DNA of 36,480 nucleotides, from the IMG/VR virus record IMGVR_UViG_2526164599_000008. One strand, 5' to 3'. Shown in pieces: positions 1 to 10,121 of this stretch. The position numbers and the translations under genes were made by a program. The notes beneath the pieces were generated by a model. That model saw nothing but the letters and a program-made list of their open reading frames with translations, searched no databases and was not told the DNA's origin. Within the stretch, counting starts at the first letter, position 1. Every line of letters begins with the position of its first letter. The DNA is from a virus (taxonomy: Duplodnaviria; Heunggongvirae; Uroviricota; Caudoviricetes).

Positions 1-1317
<1,317 letters not shown>

Positions 1318-1328
1318 GTGGATTGAGA

Positions 1329-1351
1329 TGTGGACTGAACTACAGTCCACA
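1329..1351. repeat. Perfect 9-bp inverted repeat with 5-nt loop (TGTGGACTG-AACTA-CAGTCCACA) just 3' of the host gene
   Basis: Read directly from the sequence. Not followed by a T-run on either strand, so not a canonical intrinsic terminator. Could be a host structured element or part of the prophage end. Confidence 0.4.
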
Positions 1352-1370
1352 TCAAGATCGTGTCCGGTTA

Positions 1371-1503
<133 letters not shown>

Positions 1504-1532
1504 CAGAACTCGCTCCAGCCTGATTGCAGATA

Positions 1533-1922
1533 TTACTCTTTTTTCTCCGTATCTACATCGGGTTCATCAGCAAATAGCTTGCCCTGCATCCGATCCAGTT
1601 CTTCTTTTCTTACCCGCTTAACCACGCTGTAGACCCACTGAAGCGAAACACCAAATTTGCGGGCCAGTTCATGGTGGTTACGTCCGTTAAACTCCCTGAA
1701 GATTTCCCGGTCGCGCTGACTGACCTTCCATACCATGCCCATCGGGAAATAAACGTTTTGCCCGCCCCAGACCTGCATCATGCGGTTCGCGACGGCCTGA
1801 CCAATCTGGTCGGCAATTGCGGGCTCAATATCAATAATCTCGCGAACGGTCTCAGAGGTATGCTGTGCCAGTTCCACCAGGAGTTCCGGCCCTTTACTTC
1901 GAAACTGATTCAGGTCGCTCAT
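1533..1922 (-). CDS. mor: Mor/C-family transcriptional activator of middle/late genes
   Basis: 129 aa. C-terminal block FREFNGRNHHELARKFGVSLQWVYSVVKR resembles the Mor/C helix-turn-helix region. GGGAG Shine-Dalgarno 6 nt upstream of the ATG. Last gene of the leftward early operon. Confidence 0.6.
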   Translation of the reverse strand: MSDLNQFRSKGPELLVELAQHTSETVREIIDIEPAIADQIGQAVANRMMQVWGGQNVYFPMGMVWKVSQRDREIFREFNGRNHHELARKFGVSLQWVYSVVKRVRKEELDRMQGKLFADEPDVDTEKKE

Positions 1923-2346
1923 GTTTTACTCCCGCAGCTCTGTGCTGCCACTTCTTCAGTTTCTCAATAACACTGCTTGCCTGTTCAGTATTGAGCCAGC
2001 GCAGGGCGCTGATGCCCGTTTCCCGCTTGATCCACCGCGCTAATGCATTTTCTGAACGGTCACGAACAATGCCGGCAGCAGCCATTTCAAGCCATAGCGC
2101 ACGGATTTTCCTGGACTGCGGATGGTTATCCAGCGGTAAACCGGAGCTGGCTTTTCTGGCAGGCTTAACGCGAAAGCCTTTCCTTTTCATGGATTCCAGC
2201 ACGCAGTTTAGTTGTGTGGTATCCATTCCTTTGGTTGAGGCTTTACCGGTCAGCCCCTGTAACATCTGGCGGTAGGTGTCTTCATCCATACCCAGTTCAT
2301 TACGGGCAATATGAATGAGCTGGATAAGACGTTGTTTAGTCATCAT
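1894..2346 (-). CDS. Mu gp16/GemA-like regulatory protein (DUF1018-like)
   Basis: Track ORF 1894..2385, start trimmed to the ATG at 2346, which is preceded by AAGGAG with a 5-nt spacer. Sequence MTKQRLIQLIHIARNELGMDEDTYRQ... resembles Mu gene-16 family proteins. Confidence 0.5.
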   Translation of the reverse strand: MMTKQRLIQLIHIARNELGMDEDTYRQMLQGLTGKASTKGMDTTQLNCVLESMKRKGFRVKPARKASSGLPLDNHPQSRKIRALWLEMAAAGIVRDRSENALARWIKRETGISALRWLNTEQASSVIEKLKKWQHRAAGVKHERPESVSK

Positions 2347-2551
2347 CGTTGCTCCTTTTACCTGCGCCACCGATATAATCGACATATAAAGGAAGCGCCA
2401 CAGGCCAGCACAGGAACATCACCGACCAGCTAATCCAGTAGCCGGCACCACTGTAACGTGAATAAAACCCTGAACGGCGGTGCAGTTCAGCAGTACACCA
2501 ACCGACAAAACAATACCAGAACAGGGCACATACAACAGATTCAGCCGTCAT
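2336..2551 (-). CDS. Small hydrophobic (membrane) protein, unknown function
   Basis: Track ORF 2336..2665 trimmed to the internal ATG (MTAESVVCALFWYCFVGW...). Two hydrophobic stretches. Short overlaps with both neighbouring genes suggest translational coupling. Confidence 0.4.
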   Translation of the reverse strand: MTAESVVCALFWYCFVGWCTAELHRRSGFYSRYSGAGYWISWSVMFLCWPVALPLYVDYIGGAGKRSNDDD

Positions 2552-2771
2552 TCTGAATATCCCCCCAACTGATATGAATATTACGGGCAGCAATGACAGG
2601 GTCGTTATTCCACCATGCACCTGACATGTATTTTTCAACCTGTTCGCGTCCGGCAATAACACCAATTGTGATCCCCGGCCTTACGTTCTTAAAAAAGGCG
2701 CGGGCAAAAAGGTATCTGGCAGATATTCGGCAGGCTTTTAATTTCCGGCTGTTACCTGATAGCGTAATCAT
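2541..2771 (-). CDS. Hypothetical early protein
   Basis: 76-aa ORF whose start overlaps the stop of the upstream gene by 4 nt. No recognisable motif. Confidence 0.35.
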   Translation of the reverse strand: MITLSGNSRKLKACRISARYLFARAFFKNVRPGITIGVIAGREQVEKYMSGAWWNNDPVIAARNIHISWGDIQNDG

Positions 2772-3451
2772 CTGGCCTCCAGTTTCTGTTGTTCCTGCCC
2801 ACTGACCGGGCGGTGCAGTCTGACGTTCTGCCCTTCACGAAACCCCGCATAGCGCGAGGCGTCGCCATTGCGGCTTCTTCCCGGTTTACGCGCCCTGGTG
2901 GTTTGCGTCTGCGGGTATTTATGTTCCAGCCACTGCTGCATCAGTTCACGTTCGTCATCGGTCAGGGCGAAGGACTGTATTTCACTGATAACGGCCAGCA
3001 CCCAGCCTTCAGCAAACTGGTCACCACGGCTGGTACGGGTGGCAGTTTTTATTCTTTTGTTCTGTGCGCTGATATACTGCTGACGCGCCTTTTTCAGCTG
3101 GCGGGCCAGCACTTCCCAGGTGTACGCAGCCAGTGCGGCCCGTTCCCGGTTGCCGTAGAACCCCACACCCGGATATGTGCCGGGGTGAATTATGGAGTTA
3201 ACACCAAATGCCTCGCGGATGATGTTCATCAGGCCCAGCATGTAGCGCGGTGGACGGAGACTGCCTGTCGGCCAGTAATGACTGATGGTTTCATCAATAT
3301 CACTCATGGCAATGTCGGAATGTGTGATGCCGTGAACATCCATCAGTTTACGGGCGCGGCGCAGTGCCAGAGCAGCCTCATACGGGTTGCCGGATGCTGC
3401 CAGCGCCAGCAACTTTTTCAGTTTTTCAATGTGTTTATCCAAGTCTGTCAT
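2768..3451 (-). CDS. DUF2786-like phage protein
   Basis: 227 aa. N-terminal IEKLKKLLALAASGNPYEAALALRRARKLM matches my memory of the DUF2786 signature. Start overlaps the upstream stop. Confidence 0.5.
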   Translation of the reverse strand: MTDLDKHIEKLKKLLALAASGNPYEAALALRRARKLMDVHGITHSDIAMSDIDETISHYWPTGSLRPPRYMLGLMNIIREAFGVNSIIHPGTYPGVGFYGNRERAALAAYTWEVLARQLKKARQQYISAQNKRIKTATRTSRGDQFAEGWVLAVISEIQSFALTDDERELMQQWLEHKYPQTQTTRARKPGRSRNGDASRYAGFREGQNVRLHRPVSGQEQQKLEAR

Positions 3452-3753
3452 TGTTCAGTATCTCCGGTGTACATGACGCCCAGCCGTGCGGCAAGGCGTT
3501 CCAGTTTTTTCTGTTTGTGGAAGTCAATCAGCCGGTCCATCCCCTGAAGGCGCAACTGCTCTGTCATGATTTCCACGTCTGCCAGCTCTGCCGCGAGGTC
3601 ACTTTCACTGCCCTGTCCGTTCAGGTTGCGGGCAGCACAGGCTGCCAGTTCAGCGGCCTCTTCTGTCAGTTTCAGGGCCTGTGCGTCCGGCCCGAAACGC
3701 TGCAGGGCCAGACGGTAGAGGGCGGTGCGGGTGAGTATGGTGTACCGTGTCAT
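3448..3753 (-). CDS. Hypothetical early protein
   Basis: 101-aa ORF, coupled to its neighbours, helical and acidic. No confident family. Confidence 0.4.
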   Translation of the reverse strand: MTRYTILTRTALYRLALQRFGPDAQALKLTEEAAELAACAARNLNGQGSESDLAAELADVEIMTEQLRLQGMDRLIDFHKQKKLERLAARLGVMYTGDTEQ

Positions 3754-3762
3754 GCTGCGCCC

Positions 3763-4035
3763 TCAGTGATTCCGGCTGACGGTGATGTGCAGACCGCCTT
3801 CTGCAGTGGTTTCCATCCGGTACGGCACCTCATGCGCTGCCGTGTGGGTTAGTGTGTTCACCAGTACCTGCAGGGCAGCCGCCTTTCCGTTGGTCGCCAC
3901 AATGGCCTGAGCGGTCATGCTGATTAGCGCCGTCAGGACGTGCTTCACATCGGTGAGGTCGCGGCATTCACACTCGTTGACATAGTGTTCAACAAGGGTT
4001 CGGGTGCGCTGTCGTGCTTCCTGTGGGGTAATCAT
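3763..4035 (-). CDS. Hypothetical early protein
   Basis: 90-aa ORF in the early operon. Start overlaps the upstream stop (4032..4035). Confidence 0.4.
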   Translation of the reverse strand: MITPQEARQRTRTLVEHYVNECECRDLTDVKHVLTALISMTAQAIVATNGKAAALQVLVNTLTHTAAHEVPYRMETTAEGGLHITVSRNH

Positions 4036-4226
4036 TGCGAGTCCTCCCTGTCAGGGCGGGAGAATTCCATGACGGGCACGTCTGCCGAAAAATGCTGGCT
4101 GCAGTACGGGCAGACCAGGGTGACGCGTACCGCAGGGATGTGGTATTTACCGGACATCACGGCGATGGCGCTGTGAAAACGCAGGGCTGTTATATCCCTC
4201 TCGCACTGAATACATTTAAATATCAT
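4032..4226 (-). CDS. Small zinc-ribbon-like protein
   Basis: 64 aa with two Cys pairs (CIQC ... CPYC). GAGGAG Shine-Dalgarno upstream of the ATG. Confidence 0.45.
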   Translation of the reverse strand: MIFKCIQCERDITALRFHSAIAVMSGKYHIPAVRVTLVCPYCSQHFSADVPVMEFSRPDREDSQ

Positions 4227-4323
4227 AATTTAATTCTCCTCTGTTTCCGGCGTGCAGAAGCCCACGGCGCTGACGCCGGAATAAAAAAGAAAATGTTTTT
4301 ATTAAATAATTAACGTGGTGTGT

Positions 4324-4854
4324 TTACTGCACATCCTGCTCAAAAGGAATTATTGAAAAATCCTCAATATCACTTTTTATGGTAATACCGGGAATATTTT
4401 TCACGGCGTCCTTTTCATTCAGGATAGCGTCTTTATTTATTTCCTCCTTTACACGGATAAAGCGCTCAAGCCCCAGACGTCTCAGTAATTCAATAACATT
4501 ATCCGCCCCACGGATACTGACTGATGGCGGACGGTTTCGCCACTGCACCTCGCCGGTGGTGAGGTTAGCGAACTTCACCTTCCCGTTGCCGGTCAGTTCA
4601 TCACGGTGTGCCTCACACCATGTCTGAATACCGGACTGCAGTTCGGCCATGCGTTTTTTCAGGCTCTCGGTGAGCGGGGCATAACGTGCGGTGATATCGC
4701 CAATGGCGTCATTCATTTCTGTTTCAGCCCTGACCAGTTCACGGTGTGCGTCACCGAGCAGTCTGATGCCCTCAATGACCTCTTCACGTGTCCCCGGCAC
4801 CCAGAGTGCTGCTGCGGCCTTGATACGTTTTGCACCTTTTGTACTTTTTGCCAT
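4324..4854 (-). CDS. gam: Gam-like host-nuclease inhibitor (Mu Gam family)
   Basis: 176 aa, Mu Gam-like length. Position just downstream of the transposition genes. Overall resemblance to Gam family proteins from memory. Confidence 0.6.
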   Translation of the reverse strand: MAKSTKGAKRIKAAAALWVPGTREEVIEGIRLLGDAHRELVRAETEMNDAIGDITARYAPLTESLKKRMAELQSGIQTWCEAHRDELTGNGKVKFANLTTGEVQWRNRPPSVSIRGADNVIELLRRLGLERFIRVKEEINKDAILNEKDAVKNIPGITIKSDIEDFSIIPFEQDVQ

Positions 4855-4881
4855 TTTTTATGATTTCTCCGGTTGTGCTGA

Positions 4882-5151
4882 TTACCACAAAGATTCCGGC
4901 CACACGACGCGACAGCCGTGCAGTTCGAAAACGCCCTGACGGAAATATCCCCTGTGGTCATGTCCGGTATACAGATAACAGGCCTTTCCCTGCTCAAGCA
5001 TGCGCATGCAATGCGCACTCCGGGAAACGCGGATGACAGGTTTGTTCCCCCTGATGGTGATGCTTTGTACATCCGTGTTCGTCGCCTTAAGCGCCATAAT
5101 GGCTGACTGCACTTTGCTGATTTGCTGGTTGATACCTGTGGTGGATTTCAT
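4882..5151 (-). CDS. Hypothetical early protein
   Basis: 89-aa ORF immediately downstream of the ATPase gene. No recognisable motif. Confidence 0.4.
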   Translation of the reverse strand: MKSTTGINQQISKVQSAIMALKATNTDVQSITIRGNKPVIRVSRSAHCMRMLEQGKACYLYTGHDHRGYFRQGVFELHGCRVVWPESLW

Positions 5152-5153
5152 TA

Positions 5154-6320
5154 TTAAACCCCTTTGACAACGTCAGCGTTGACCTGTGGAACCCCGATTT
5201 CAGCAGCCAGATTCATGGCGGCTATTACCAGGTTACTGACGGCCAGCGGATACAGCAGGCTGACCATATTTTTACGATGACTTCCCGGATTGCTCAGGCG
5301 GGCACGTATGGCATCCACTGCGCTGGCGTCCATAATGTCCGTCAGTTGTTTACCGGCCCGTTGCAGTTTGAACGTCAGAAATTCTTCAAGGTTATTGTCC
5401 AGAGGCAGAAGTTCGACCACCTCACAGCGCTGAACGACTTCACGGACTTCCATATTGCGTTCAGACAGTTTTGTCGCCAGTTCCGGCTGACCAATTAGCA
5501 CGATGGACAGCAGTTTTTTGAAACCGGACTCCAGCTCAAAAAAGCGTTTGAGGTGTTTCAGTGTCGGAATGGGCAGACTGTGGGCCTCCTCAATCACCAG
5601 AACGTGGCTGAACCCCGCCTGGCTGCTGTCTTTCAGGACGCGATGCAACTGGCGAAAGCGGGCGTCCTGACTGCGTCTGATGCTTTCCAGTGGTGCGATG
5701 GTACTGATAATGGCTTCGGCAATCGCTGCTGCCTTCAGAGTTTTCCCTTTCACATCGTTGTCTTCCATAGCGATGATGTATGGCTCGATAACAATCACTG
5801 GCGCATTCTCGCGGTTGATACGTTCAGTCAGGTCACGGCGCAGCGTGGATTTACCCGCACCGGACTCACCGATGACGGCCATAAACCCACCATGACGTGC
5901 TGTCTGGTACAACGCCTCACGCACGTAGCGAATGTCCGGGGTGGTGAACACATCATCAGAACCCTGCATGGCTTCGTCGGCGAACGGGTCACGGAAAAGA
6001 CCAAACGCTTTTTTGGTTGCTGGAAATAACACCTGTTTTTTGAGTAACATATTCTCTTCCTCACTGAGGCTCGTTTTATCTGTGGTACCCGATGTACGGG
6101 GCGTGGCCGCGCCCTGTACAGCATCAAAACTCTTCGCTGTATCAATCCCCTGACTTTCCAGCCAGGACGCAAGACGCCGGCGCACTTCTCCGGGGCTGGT
6201 GCGGGGCCACGCGTTATGATTCACAATCTGGGCCAGCGTGGCCTCAGAAACATCGACAGCTCTCGCCACCACCGCCTGTGAAATACGGGCCTCTTTCAGT
6301 TGCTGCTTCAGTACCAGCAT
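5154..6320 (-). CDS. Transposition ATPase (TnpB / Mu B-like AAA+ protein)
   Basis: Walker A GESGAGKST and Walker B-like VLVIEEAH. N-terminal HTH-like region. Track ORF starts at a GTG (6359), but the internal ATG at 6320 has GAGGAGG 5 nt upstream and lies just after the transposase stop. Confidence 0.75.
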   Translation of the reverse strand: MLVLKQQLKEARISQAVVARAVDVSEATLAQIVNHNAWPRTSPGEVRRRLASWLESQGIDTAKSFDAVQGAATPRTSGTTDKTSLSEEENMLLKKQVLFPATKKAFGLFRDPFADEAMQGSDDVFTTPDIRYVREALYQTARHGGFMAVIGESGAGKSTLRRDLTERINRENAPVIVIEPYIIAMEDNDVKGKTLKAAAIAEAIISTIAPLESIRRSQDARFRQLHRVLKDSSQAGFSHVLVIEEAHSLPIPTLKHLKRFFELESGFKKLLSIVLIGQPELATKLSERNMEVREVVQRCEVVELLPLDNNLEEFLTFKLQRAGKQLTDIMDASAVDAIRARLSNPGSHRKNMVSLLYPLAVSNLVIAAMNLAAEIGVPQVNADVVKGV

Positions 6321-6330
6321 GTTTTCCTCC

Positions 6331-8100
6331 TCAGTTGCCGTTAACAATGCTGATAACACTGCTGCGGGCCGGCGTGGTCAGCGTGGCCATGACTTCATCC
6401 AGTGCGGCTTCCGGTACGCCGTCCGGGTACTGTGCCGTTAACTGGCGGTAATGTTCCGGCGTCCAGGTAAGGCCGTTGGCGCTGAACTTCCCGCGCAGGG
6501 CTTTCGCGGCCTCCACATGAGTCATGGGACGCTGTTCAGTGCGCGGTCCGCGTACGTCAGAGGCCTGACCTCGCTTCGGCATATAGGCCGGAAGTGTGGC
6601 GTCATCAATATGTTTATACGGGTCAAGCCGCCCGCCGAACGGCAGCGCCTTCGCCTTGCGTGCGGCAGCTGCATCTGCGGCGTTGTCTGTACCGGTGACC
6701 AGCGCTTCGGTTTCTTTTGCCGCCATCTGCGCCGGGGTTTCCGGCAGGGCTTTGTAACTTTCGCCAAATACCGCCGCGCCTTCAGCAAAGCCAAACTCGT
6801 TCTTTCTGACCTCTTCGACCAGGAAGAACGTCTCGTGGCCGTCCTCACCGGTCAGAACCACCTGTGCCACATCGCTGCGCCACGGGTTACGGGTAATCAT
6901 CAGTTTTTCACCGACCAGTACGCCCGGTACCGTTGATACGTCAAATTCAGTGCCCCGGAACGAGACACGAAGTTTTGGCGTGACTTTGCGGAGTTCTGGT
7001 GCCGCCACAGCCAGTTCACGACATACCTCAACGGAAGGCGCTTTTTTCAGCTGCTCAGCAGTAATCTTCAGCCAGATATCCGTGCGGGTTTTACCGTGGC
7101 GGCTGTGAACAGCCGTGGCGTTAAAGTGGCTGCGCCATTTCGCGGCCAGCGCGTTGAGTTCTTCCAGACTGTGAACCGGCCGGAACTTCAGACCCGGCTC
7201 CAGCTTGCGTTCGATAATGTCACGCGCCTTTTCCACCTGTCCGGTGGCGCGGGCGTTATGCGGCTTGTGCGCTATCAGGTCAATGCCCAGTGAGCGGCAC
7301 ATGTTTTTCGTCATACCCGCGGTGTTTGCCGAACCGGGGTCGAGATAGAGTATTTTTGGCACGCCGTGCAGCACGTCTGCGCCGCCACGCTCCTGCATGG
7401 CGTTGATAAGCACAGAACACAGGTTCTCACCGGATTCCGCACCCGTCACATACTCAACGTAAATCCAGCCGCTGGCATGGTCGGTAATCTCGTAACTCCA
7501 CACGCGGTCACTGGCGATACGGGCAAGGTTAGCGGGTTTGTTCTTGTAGAACTTCGCGCTGTCCATCACCTGCAGCCCTTTGTGTCCATTGCTCAGGTAG
7601 TAAAGCGTGCAGAGCGAGGCATCAATCTGCCAGACATGATTGGGATGCAGACTGGCCACTTCGGTATGCGGCGCAGGAGCATCCAGTTGTTCCGGGTGCA
7701 GGCCATAGTTACGCAGGGCACGACTGATGGCATCTTCGGACAACGGGAAAAACTCACCGGTGGTTTCATCTGTTCTGCCTGCGGAGATAAAGCCGTTAGC
7801 CCGCAGGGTTTCCACTGCATCCGCGATGGAATAGAGACGCTTACCGTTCTTGCGGGTGGCCTCACGCAGTGTGGCAGATATCAGCGCGGCTTCGTCGCGG
7901 GTCAGGGCGCTGCGTCCGGCATCAGCGCGTTTTTTGCGTTTATCAGTCACAGAGACCTCCTTCAGCCTGCGCAGCAGAGTGGCGCGGGACATGCCAAGTT
8001 CAGCACAGGCAGCGTCGTATATTGCACCGCGTTTACCATGCCCCGCGTCACGTGCCGCGCGGGCGACATAAACCAGTCGTTCAGTCAGGGCAGCATTCAT
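6331..8100 (-). CDS. DDE transposase (rve/Mu-type catalytic core)
   Basis: 589 aa. Candidate catalytic residues: D in HVWQIDAS, D in ILYLDPGSAN, E about 35 residues later in GQVEKA (D,D-35-E spacing). Gene order transposase then ATPase as in transposable phages. Confidence 0.8.
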   Translation of the reverse strand: MNAALTERLVYVARAARDAGHGKRGAIYDAACAELGMSRATLLRRLKEVSVTDKRKKRADAGRSALTRDEAALISATLREATRKNGKRLYSIADAVETLRANGFISAGRTDETTGEFFPLSEDAISRALRNYGLHPEQLDAPAPHTEVASLHPNHVWQIDASLCTLYYLSNGHKGLQVMDSAKFYKNKPANLARIASDRVWSYEITDHASGWIYVEYVTGAESGENLCSVLINAMQERGGADVLHGVPKILYLDPGSANTAGMTKNMCRSLGIDLIAHKPHNARATGQVEKARDIIERKLEPGLKFRPVHSLEELNALAAKWRSHFNATAVHSRHGKTRTDIWLKITAEQLKKAPSVEVCRELAVAAPELRKVTPKLRVSFRGTEFDVSTVPGVLVGEKLMITRNPWRSDVAQVVLTGEDGHETFFLVEEVRKNEFGFAEGAAVFGESYKALPETPAQMAAKETEALVTGTDNAADAAAARKAKALPFGGRLDPYKHIDDATLPAYMPKRGQASDVRGPRTEQRPMTHVEAAKALRGKFSANGLTWTPEHYRQLTAQYPDGVPEAALDEVMATLTTPARSSVISIVNGN

Positions 8101-8103
8101 TGG

Positions 8104-9015
8104 TTATGCCTCCAGCCCGTTAATCTGTGGCGTCGGCTCAGTCAGCCATGAAGGCGCGGCATTGCCTGTTGGCTCATCCGGCAGGTCAAATGTGGAGCGC
8201 AGGCTACGCGCTGTGCTTTCCAGTTGACAGACCAGGCCTGCCATGAAGTCTCTGGGGGTATCAATCATGTTTTCAGCACAATATGCGCACAGCGTCTCAA
8301 AAGCGCTGGACAGTCGAACGGCGATAGCAGATTCCGCCTCAACCGCTAATGCTGTCACTTCCGCCCGCAGCTTCTTAACCTCTTCATCAGGCTCAGGCGG
8401 CTGAATACGGGATTTCTTCTCCAGTCTGGTGGAGAGTGAGTCTATTTTTTCATTTTTGTCAGCGAGTACGCGCTGTTGTGCTGCGTTGGTTTCGCGCGCT
8501 TCGCGCAGGGCCTGACGCAATTCACGTACTGACATGCGATCAACGTCGTCAAGCGTCAGGCCGGCAACTGTGCCGCCGTCGGCCAGTTCGGCAAGCTCTT
8601 CGTCGTCTTCTGTCATTAATTCGAAAAGTTTGGCTTTTCCCAAATGTGCCAACGTTGGCACATTTGGTTTCAGCGCCGGGGATAAGTATTTTGTCGATGC
8701 TTGCATCATTCTCACAGATGTCCGGTATGCCAGCCCCAACTCACTTTCAAGAATCTTTATAAACTCCCCGTGTGGTTCATTTTCCTTAAGGATTATCAGC
8801 CGCTTACCTGCCTCCAGCATGGCCTCAGCGCTCTGTGCCATATAAAAGCGTGCCTCATGGACAACACGATCGCGCTCATAGGGCAGACCATCGCCGAACT
8901 GTTGCATGATTTCCATGCGATGCTGTGTCATGGCGTTTAGACTGACATTGAGATCATCCGACAGCGGTACCTCGACGTTCAGTTCAGTGCTAACCGGTGA
9001 TTTGGTGCGTCCCAT
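8104..9015 (-). CDS. Hypothetical early protein with coiled-coil character
   Basis: 303-aa ORF tightly coupled upstream of the transposase gene. No confident family. Confidence 0.45.
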   Translation of the reverse strand: MGRTKSPVSTELNVEVPLSDDLNVSLNAMTQHRMEIMQQFGDGLPYERDRVVHEARFYMAQSAEAMLEAGKRLIILKENEPHGEFIKILESELGLAYRTSVRMMQASTKYLSPALKPNVPTLAHLGKAKLFELMTEDDEELAELADGGTVAGLTLDDVDRMSVRELRQALREARETNAAQQRVLADKNEKIDSLSTRLEKKSRIQPPEPDEEVKKLRAEVTALAVEAESAIAVRLSSAFETLCAYCAENMIDTPRDFMAGLVCQLESTARSLRSTFDLPDEPTGNAAPSWLTEPTPQINGLEA

Positions 9016-9025
9016 TGATTACTCC

Positions 9026-9334
9026 TTACAAACGACTACCTGAAATAACACGTTGGTTGATTTCGTTAATGCGATCCTGTGCACGTGCCATCTCGTTACT
9101 GTGGGCCATGGCGATCTGCAGCAACTGGATGCCTGGTGCGAAACGCCCGTTTTCTAGTTTCAGAGCCAACCCTTCTTCAATGAGCGTGTTAAGTGCCCGG
9201 TTGATGTTTGCCGGTGATTCGTGCAGTGCAACCGCTAGTTCCCCGTTAGAAACACCGTTCAAAGCGTGGCCACGTAAGGCCTTAAGAACGCGCAAAATAC
9301 GGGTACCTGAGCTTGATGTATTTGGTTTATTCAT
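9026..9334 (-). CDS. Small winged-helix DNA-binding protein
   Basis: 102 aa. RILRVLKAL...GVSNGELAVALHESPANINRALNTLIEEGL resembles an IclR/MarR-type winged HTH. Confidence 0.45.
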   Translation of the reverse strand: MNKPNTSSSGTRILRVLKALRGHALNGVSNGELAVALHESPANINRALNTLIEEGLALKLENGRFAPGIQLLQIAMAHSNEMARAQDRINEINQRVISGSRL

Positions 9335-9561
9335 GACGCCTCCTTAAGGATACCGGGGGTAACTTCTTTACCTATTGCAACCGATAGATCTCGCAAAATC
9401 CGATAAGTCAAACGACCGCGAGGTAGTTCACTTTTACCAGCCCAGCGACTGACTGCCTGGGTGACTGTTCGTGGTTCATAGCCCGCGTTAAGCGCGAACT
9501 GGCGCAAGCTACTGCCTCGTTCAACCAGCCGTGCCCGAACTTGTTGTTTGTTCATATGCAC
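9331..9561 (-). CDS. ner: Ner-like DNA-binding regulator (Ner/Nlp family)
   Basis: 76 aa. First gene of the leftward early operon, divergent from the repressor. HTH-like segment SLRQFALNAGYEPRTVTQAVSRW. Confidence 0.55.
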   Translation of the reverse strand: MHMNKQQVRARLVERGSSLRQFALNAGYEPRTVTQAVSRWAGKSELPRGRLTYRILRDLSVAIGKEVTPGILKEAS

Positions 9562-9643
9562 CGTGTTCCTGTTAGGTTATGATGTACTCTATTGGGTCTA
9601 TTGTACACACCCAAATGAGTGTGTCAAATTGAGATATGTTCAA
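9562..9643. promoter_or_regulatory. Divergent early promoter/operator region between ner-like and repressor genes
   Basis: About 80-bp intergenic region containing the inverted repeat ACACAC-N8-GTGTGT (around 9606..9625), a candidate operator. Confidence 0.45.
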
Positions 9644-10051
9644 ATGAGTACAAAAGAGAGATTGCGTGAAGTGATGGATGCTAATGGCATGACAATAAAG
9701 GCATTATCTAACTTATCAAAAATTCCATATCGCTCACTTCAAAACTATTTGCGTGGAGAGAGAGAACCAAACGCAGAGGCTCTTGTTGCGCTAAGCACCC
9801 ATTTGGGTGTATCGATCGATTGGCTACTTACCGGTAAAGAACATATTCCATCTAAAGAAATTGTTGCTGTACCAACACAACATCAATTCAGCCCGTCAGA
9901 CCTTAAAATGCTTGAACTTCTAAACCAGTTAGATCCTGAGGTTCGGCGAGATCTCATGCGAGGCGCTGAAGAAAAACAGCGTGTGATTGAGATGGAAAAA
10001 CAACTGAAGGAATTATCCGCAACGATTGAGCGGTTAAAAAATGTGGGTTAA
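9644..10051 (+). CDS. Immunity repressor, XRE-family HTH (Mu c-like role)
   Basis: Track ORF 9548..10051 trimmed to the ATG at 9644 (MSTKERLREVMDANGMTIKALSNLSKIPYRSLQNYL), a classic HTH_3 pattern. Divergent from the early operon. Confidence 0.65.
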   Translation: MSTKERLREVMDANGMTIKALSNLSKIPYRSLQNYLRGEREPNAEALVALSTHLGVSIDWLLTGKEHIPSKEIVAVPTQHQFSPSDLKMLELLNQLDPEVRRDLMRGAEEKQRVIEMEKQLKELSATIERLKNVG

Positions 10052-10121
10052 TGTGTTCCTAACGAGAACATATAGCAGAAATTATTTGCCATTAAGCAAT
10101 AAAAAATAAGGTGGATAGCTA

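Noticed and set aside
4240-4290. Inverted repeat CCGGCGT...ACGCCGG between the Gam-like gene and the zinc-ribbon ORF as a terminator
   Set aside because: No U-run follows the stem on either strand and it sits inside a co-transcribed early operon. More likely a structural or mRNA-stability element; not enough evidence to call.
6331-8100. Interpreting the element as a canonical Mu-type prophage in standard orientation
   Set aside because: The early operon and the late operon are on opposite strands and diverge from the immunity region, and the tail genes are P2-like. This does not fit the Mu map in either orientation, so the BcepMu-like interpretation was preferred.
7366-8151. 261-aa plus-strand ORF opposite the transposase gene, and the similar 2789..3547 ORF opposite early genes
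   Set aside because: Both lie antisense within the leftward early operon, whose coding frames show overlapping stop/start coupling and recognisable motifs. The antisense frames have none.
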